From Candidatus Hodarchaeota archaeon (GTDB lineage Archaea; Asgardarchaeota; Lokiarchaeia; Sigyniarchaeales; SOKP01), in the NCBI GenBank assembly GCA_048887225.1, contig JBHLJY010000040.1, positions 1 to 11,372 of the forward strand: 11,372 nucleotides of DNA, read 5' to 3'. Below, in pieces: positions 7,102 through 11,372 of the stretch (position 1 is the stretch's first letter; each line of letters opens with the position of its first letter). The notes beneath the pieces are model-generated. The model ran no database searches and was not told where the DNA came from. It worked only from the letters and a program-made list of their open reading frames with translations. The position numbers and the translations under genes were made by a program.

Positions 7102-9447
7102 ATGTCAGAGAAACTACTAAATGAGCTTGTACGAGAAACTCCACATCTTTCATTAACAGTTCCGTTGTGTTATACTAAAATTCTTAAGGAAACATATGGT
7201 AAACCAATGATAATAAGGCAGGCTGAAGGCTTGAAATACACACTTGAGAGCTTACCTATAATAATTAGACCAGATGAATTAATTGTTGGGACTTTTGACG
7301 AGAAAATTCCAGTAGCAATCCCTCGCCCAGAGGCAACTGGTCTTAGAATAATGAGAGAAATCGATATTTTATCTGAAAGGTTAGTAAATCCTATAAAGGT
7401 AAATGAAGAAGATATTAAGATAATGAAAGAAGAAATTGCTCCTTTTTATGAAAATTTCAGAGTACAAAGTTATGCTAATGAACTTGCTCCAAATCATGTC
7501 TTTGAGATTCTTTATCGCGGTTTAGCTTATATATCCACTGAAGCTGGTGGAATTGCTCATGCTGTTATTGATTATCAAAGACTTATTAAAATAGGATTAA
7601 TGAAATATCTAAAATTATCGGAGGAGAATATTAAAAAATATGAGCAGTTATTAGGAATTGAACCTCGAGCTGATGAGAAAATTGCTTTTTATAAGTCAAT
7701 GAAAGTAATAATAAAAGCTATTATAGATTTTGCCAAAAAATATAGTAAAAAAGCAACAGTAATGGCAAATCAAGAAACAGATCCTTCTCGAAAAAAAGAA
7801 TTATTAAGAATCGCAGAGACATGTAACAACGTACCAGAAAATCCTGCTTCAAACTTGCACGAGGCGATTCAGTTCGTATGGTTTATTCATATGATCCTTC
7901 ACATTGAGAATTTTGAGCATGGGATTTCTTTTGGAAGGTTAGACCAATATTTATTTCAATATTATAATGGTGATTCGGAAGAAGCTGTGCGTCTTTTTAA
8001 AAATCTCATATTGAAAACAAATGAAATAATTGCATTATATGATTCCTTCGCAACTCAATATTTTGGTGGCATGGCTACCACCCAATGTATAGTTATTGGT
8101 GGTATGGATGTAGAAGGAAATGATGTTTCTAACGAATTGACTTATTTAATTTTAGATGCTCACGAAGAAGCTTCAGTAGCTAGTCCAAATATTGTAATAA
8201 GATGTCATAGTGGAACGCCAAATAAACTCTACAGAAGAGTTACCAACATAATAGCAGATGGCAAAAATATCCTCGCTCTTTATAATGATGATGTTGCGAT
8301 TAAATGCCTTTTAACTCATAAAATTCCTATAGAAGATGCGAGAAATTATGGAATTGTAGGTTGTGTTGGGTTATCTACATCAGGCTTATCTTATGATAAT
8401 ACTGGTGCTATATTTCTTAGCTTACCAAAAGCATTGGAAATTACTTTAGGAACAGATACTACTCTAGTAAGTAAATATGTTGAGACGGCTATAGATCCAA
8501 AATCTTTCAAATCTATTGATGATGTTTTAGACGCATATAGGAAGAATCTCAAAATTATAATCGAAATGGCTGTTACTGCTGCTAATGCTTATCAACAAGC
8601 ACATATAGAACTAAAACCCACACCCCTAATGTCATTAAGTATTCGAGGATGTTTTGAGGAAGGCATTGACATAAACAAAGGTTCAGCCAAATATAATTTC
8701 TCTGGGATTCATGTAACAGGCTTATCAGATCTCGTTGATTCTCTAGCAGCTATAGATTATGCCGTCTTTAAAGAAAAGGTAATAACTATAGAACAGTTAA
8801 TTCATGCTTTGAGAAAAAATTTTCGAGGTAAGAAAGAACTAAGGAATTATTTACAAAATAGGTGCCCTAAATATGGATGCGATAATGATCACGTTGATAA
8901 TTACACTGAAAAAATAGGGAAAATTCTTGTAGACTCAGTTAAGGACTTGAAGTGTGCAAGAGGAGGAGAATATCGAGCAGGAATTCATGCTATGACAACT
9001 CACGTTGGCTTTGGTATATTTACTGGTGCTCTACCTTCAGGTAGGAAAAAAGGAGAAGCTTTGACGAAAGATATTGCTCCATCATCCAGGGGTGAGAAAG
9101 CACTTACTTCCGCAATTAATAGTGCTACAAAATTAGACCACTCTCTAATAACAAATGGTTTAGCTTGTACTCTTAATATTATTCCTGAAATCGCACGAAT
9201 GGATGATGGTAAAATCTTTGAAGCATTAATCAGAAGTTATTTTGAGCGAGGGGGTTTACATTTACAATTTAATGCGATTTCTTATAATACTCTTTTAGAT
9301 GCCCAACAAAATCCTGAAATATATGGCGACTTAATGATTCGGGTATCTGGATATAGCGCTAGATTTATCGATCTACCAAAATCAGTTCAAAATGAGATTA
9401 TTCAAAGCTATTTATATGAAAATTTAGAAATTCAAGCTTCAAAATAG
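7102..9447 (+). CDS. Glycyl radical enzyme (PFL2/eliminase-type architecture, single-Cys loop), divergent, substrate unknown
   Basis: I...ELIVG, GISFGRLDQY, Cys loop IVGCVG (Cys421, nt 8362-8364), PKYG, A.PSGR, HLQFN, and glycyl loop RVSGYS (Gly750, nt 9349-9351). No CC pair, so not a canonical pyruvate formate-lyase. Confidence 0.93.
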   Translation: MSEKLLNELVRETPHLSLTVPLCYTKILKETYGKPMIIRQAEGLKYTLESLPIIIRPDELIVGTFDEKIPVAIPRPEATGLRIMREIDILSERLVNPIKVNEEDIKIMKEEIAPFYENFRVQSYANELAPNHVFEILYRGLAYISTEAGGIAHAVIDYQRLIKIGLMKYLKLSEENIKKYEQLLGIEPRADEKIAFYKSMKVIIKAIIDFAKKYSKKATVMANQETDPSRKKELLRIAETCNNVPENPASNLHEAIQFVWFIHMILHIENFEHGISFGRLDQYLFQYYNGDSEEAVRLFKNLILKTNEIIALYDSFATQYFGGMATTQCIVIGGMDVEGNDVSNELTYLILDAHEEASVASPNIVIRCHSGTPNKLYRRVTNIIADGKNILALYNDDVAIKCLLTHKIPIEDARNYGIVGCVGLSTSGLSYDNTGAIFLSLPKALEITLGTDTTLVSKYVETAIDPKSFKSIDDVLDAYRKNLKIIIEMAVTAANAYQQAHIELKPTPLMSLSIRGCFEEGIDINKGSAKYNFSGIHVTGLSDLVDSLAAIDYAVFKEKVITIEQLIHALRKNFRGKKELRNYLQNRCPKYGCDNDHVDNYTEKIGKILVDSVKDLKCARGGEYRAGIHAMTTHVGFGIFTGALPSGRKKGEALTKDIAPSSRGEKALTSAINSATKLDHSLITNGLACTLNIIPEIARMDDGKIFEALIRSYFERGGLHLQFNAISYNTLLDAQQNPEIYGDLMIRVSGYSARFIDLPKSVQNEIIQSYLYENLEIQASK

Positions 9448-9503
9448 TAATTTTGAATTAAGTAATAATATTATTTAATTTTATATTTTATTTAAGATAT
9501 TTA

Positions 9504-9511
9504 GAGATGAT
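9504..9511 (+). promoter_or_regulatory. Putative ribosome-binding site GAGATGAT for the MDR gene
   Basis: One mismatch from the archaeal-type consensus GAGGTGAT, 6 nt upstream of ATT at 9518. Confidence 0.45.
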
Positions 9512-9517
9512 TAAACT

Positions 9518-10498
9518 ATTAAGGCAGCTGTTTTTGAAGATATAAAAAAAATTGTTTATAGAGAGGATTATCCTAAACCAGTCGCTAGTCCGAATGATGC
9601 AATAATTAAAGTTCATTATTGTGGCATATGTGGAAGTGATGTGAGTAATTTTAAGTATAAAATCTACCAAACTCCGATTATAATGGGCCATGAATTTGCG
9701 GGAGAAGTTGTAGAAATTGGCGAAAATATTTCCAAAGCAAAAATAAGTGATAGAGTTGCGTGTATAAATGTTTCAACAGACGTAAGCGGAGGTCAATTAA
9801 AAGGATTGGGAATCTTCCAAAATGGTGGATTCGCTGAATATGTTAGAGTTCCAAAAAAATTTTTATTTCCAATTCCTAAAAATGTTTTAATTAAGGATGC
9901 TATTATGATCGAATCTTTTGCGAATGCAACAAGGGCTATGAAATTGTCGAAAATAAAAGAAAATCAAAATATTGCGATAATTGGAGGGGGAAATATTGGA
10001 TTGACCTTTCTTAAAACGTTCTTAATTGAAAAAAAACCTAACTATGTTATTGTTATTGAACCTCACGAATTTTTAAGAGAAAAAGCAAAAAAAATTGGCG
10101 CAACTGATGCTTTTCCCCCGAGCAAGGTGAAAATTAAAAAATTCATTAAAGCCAATGGAGAACCAACTTTTATTTTTGATTGTGTTGGAATTGAAAAGAC
10201 CTTAATAATGGCAGTGGAAATCATTAAAAGAGGGGGGACAATATTATTGGAGGGTATTCAAAGAGGAAATATTTTATTTCCTATGTTTATGATAAATTCT
10301 AAGGAAATTAATTTAAAAGGATGCTTAGGTCATGACAAACAAGATATTCTAGCAGCCATTGATTTATTTGGTAAAGGTAAGGTAGATGCTAACGAATTTA
10401 TTTCTGAAGTTGTACAGTTGAAAGATATACAAAAAGCTTTTGAGAAATTTCTCGAGCCTGGTGAGAGAAAATTTGTTAAAATTTTAATTGAGATATAA
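9518..10498 (+). CDS. Zn-dependent medium-chain dehydrogenase (MDR, threonine/sorbitol dehydrogenase-like), 326 aa; true start is 41 codons upstream of the ORF-track call
   Basis: The frame is open from just after TAA 9512-9514 and reads (I/M)KAAVFEDIKKIVYREDYPKP...IIKVHYCGICGSD, then GHEFAGEV, GGFAEY, IES, GGGNIG, VIEP, KILI. The catalytic Cys38 lies upstream of the GTG at 9641. Confidence 0.88.
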   Translation: MKAAVFEDIKKIVYREDYPKPVASPNDAIIKVHYCGICGSDVSNFKYKIYQTPIIMGHEFAGEVVEIGENISKAKISDRVACINVSTDVSGGQLKGLGIFQNGGFAEYVRVPKKFLFPIPKNVLIKDAIMIESFANATRAMKLSKIKENQNIAIIGGGNIGLTFLKTFLIEKKPNYVIVIEPHEFLREKAKKIGATDAFPPSKVKIKKFIKANGEPTFIFDCVGIEKTLIMAVEIIKRGGTILLEGIQRGNILFPMFMINSKEINLKGCLGHDKQDILAAIDLFGKGKVDANEFISEVVQLKDIQKAFEKFLEPGERKFVKILIEI

Positions 10499-10569
10499 AT
10501 AATTATTTTTAAGAAACTAATAACCCGAATTTTATCCAAGTACTCTTTTTGTCCCTGCAATTTGCCTCA

Positions 10570-10597
10570 GAATGAAATTGGTTTTTCTACTTCATTC
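10570..10597. terminator. Hairpin between convergent genes; possible terminator or 3'-end stability element
   Basis: GAATGAA (10570-10576) pairs with TTCATTC (10591-10597), with weak inner pairing around a T5 loop. It lies in the gap between two convergent stop codons. Confidence 0.25.
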
Positions 10598-10634
10598 ATA
10601 TTTATTATTTCAAAATGTTATTTATTGAAAGCTT

Positions 10635-11372
10635 TTATTTTTTAGTTAAGTACGCTAACAATACGTGGAGTCCTATTCCTATACCCCACCCTCCAATAGC
10701 GATTGGACTCCAAGGGAATTCGGGAGAGAACAATACATTAAGGAGAACTAAGTACACACTCGTGGCGATGTAAACTGTTAAATGAAGGAAAGCAGTATAG
10801 GAAAAAAAACCTTTAATTGGCTTCTTGATAATAAAAAAAATAGCCCAGTGAGCAGACACTCCAATAAGCCACCCGATCGCAGGGAAAATCAATAATAAAA
10901 GATTTTCACCTCCAGCTACAAAGTTTATGCCAATAATAACCAAACAAGTGATATAGATAAATAGATGAATTATAAAAGACCATTTCCAGAATAAAATACC
11001 TTTTGATACAGAGGGGGCTTCTTCCTTCTCAATTTCTTTCCTTTCTAATGATATATACATCAATATAAGATGAATTCCCATCCCGATACCCCATCCTAAA
11101 ATCGCAACTAGACTCCATAGGGCTCCAGGTGTGAATAAGACATTGAGAATCACTAAATATATACTTGTGACAATGTAAACTGTCAAATGAAGAAAACCTG
11201 TGTAAGATAGAAATCCTTTAATTGGTTTTTGGACGATATAGTAAAGGGCTCCGTGAGCAGCTACTCCGATCAACCATCCAAATAAAGGATGAATTAATAA
11301 TATGAGATTGATGCCTAAAGCAGCAAAATTTAAGCCAATAATAATCAAACCAGTTATATATATAATTAAATG
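10635..11372 (-). CDS. Multi-2TM-domain integral membrane protein (at least four 2TM units); 5' end lies outside the window
   Basis: The frame stays open from 11372 (HLIIYITG) into the ORF-track TTG at 11348, so that TTG is internal. There are four units of HL..Y.........N......GW.IG...H. Confidence 0.8.
   Translation of the reverse strand, partial: HLIIYITGLIIIGLNFAALGINLILLIHPLFGWLIGVAAHGALYYIVQKPIKGFLSYTGFLHLTVYIVTSIYLVILNVLFTPGALWSLVAILGWGIGMGIHLILMYISLERKEIEKEEAPSVSKGILFWKWSFIIHLFIYITCLVIIGINFVAGGENLLLLIFPAIGWLIGVSAHWAIFFIIKKPIKGFFSYTAFLHLTVYIATSVYLVLLNVLFSPEFPWSPIAIGGWGIGIGLHVLLAYLTKK
10650..11372 (-). repeat. Intragenic tandem duplication, period 405 nt (135 aa)
   Basis: 11372-11055 aligns ungapped with 10967-10650: 71 of 106 residues identical by hand count (e.g. 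KPIKGF.SYT.FLHLTVYI.TS.YLV.LNVLF). Confidence 0.92.

Noticed and set aside
7102-9447. Annotation as pyruvate formate-lyase, glycerol dehydratase, CutC or HypD
   Set aside because: There is no CC pair (PFL) and no Cys+2 Glu (eliminases), so no specific assignment is supportable.
9641-9643. GTG start for the MDR as given in the ORF track
   Set aside because: It would remove the catalytic Cys38 and the first beta strands.
9488-9691. 67-aa minus-strand ORF
   Set aside because: Antisense to the true N-terminus of the MDR gene.
10330-10560. 76-aa minus-strand ORF as a real gene
   Set aside because: Most of it overlaps the MDR 3' end in antisense; only the intergenic part is kept, as a low-interest relic.
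10566-10599. SECIS-like element on the minus strand (AUGA...AAAAA...UGAG)
   Set aside because: The GA is Watson-Crick paired in the stem rather than positioned for the tandem G.A quartet, the helix is too short, and no supported CDS in the window has an in-frame TGA.
1-11372. CRISPR array, tRNA/rRNA, transposase or integrase
   Set aside because: No regularly spaced repeats, no GC-rich structured non-coding stretch and no mobile-element ORFs are visible; spacers are about 200 nt or shorter.

Overview
An AT-rich, gene-dense metabolic region with ten protein-coding genes. I found no RNA genes, CRISPR arrays or mobile elements. The gene style (AT-rich spacers, GGTGA-type ribosome sites, acyl-CoA enzyme paralogues, multi-2TM protein) suggests an anaerobic archaeon, possibly Asgard/Lokiarchaeia; this is inference only. 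Left to right: AEC-family transporter (runs off the left edge, missed by the ORF track), DUF998 membrane protein, then a minus-strand run of FabK/nitronate-monooxygenase-like flavoprotein, Cys-rich 4Fe-4S protein, BKACE/DUF849 beta-keto-acid cleavage enzyme and 3-hydroxyacyl dehydrogenase. A divergent plus-strand run follows: 3-hydroxyacyl-CoA dehydrogenase, glycyl radical enzyme (GRE) and Zn-dependent MDR dehydrogenase. The last gene is a tandemly duplicated 2TM-domain membrane protein whose 5' end lies beyond the right edge. The best novelty candidate is the GRE: it keeps the radical Gly and Cys, but its Cys loop reads GCVG rather than GCVE/GCVQ, several other family motifs are altered, and no radical-SAM activase is in the window. 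It is paired with an MDR dehydrogenase that appears to start at ATT and lacks the structural-zinc lobe. A second candidate is the atypical BKACE plus dehydrogenase pair.
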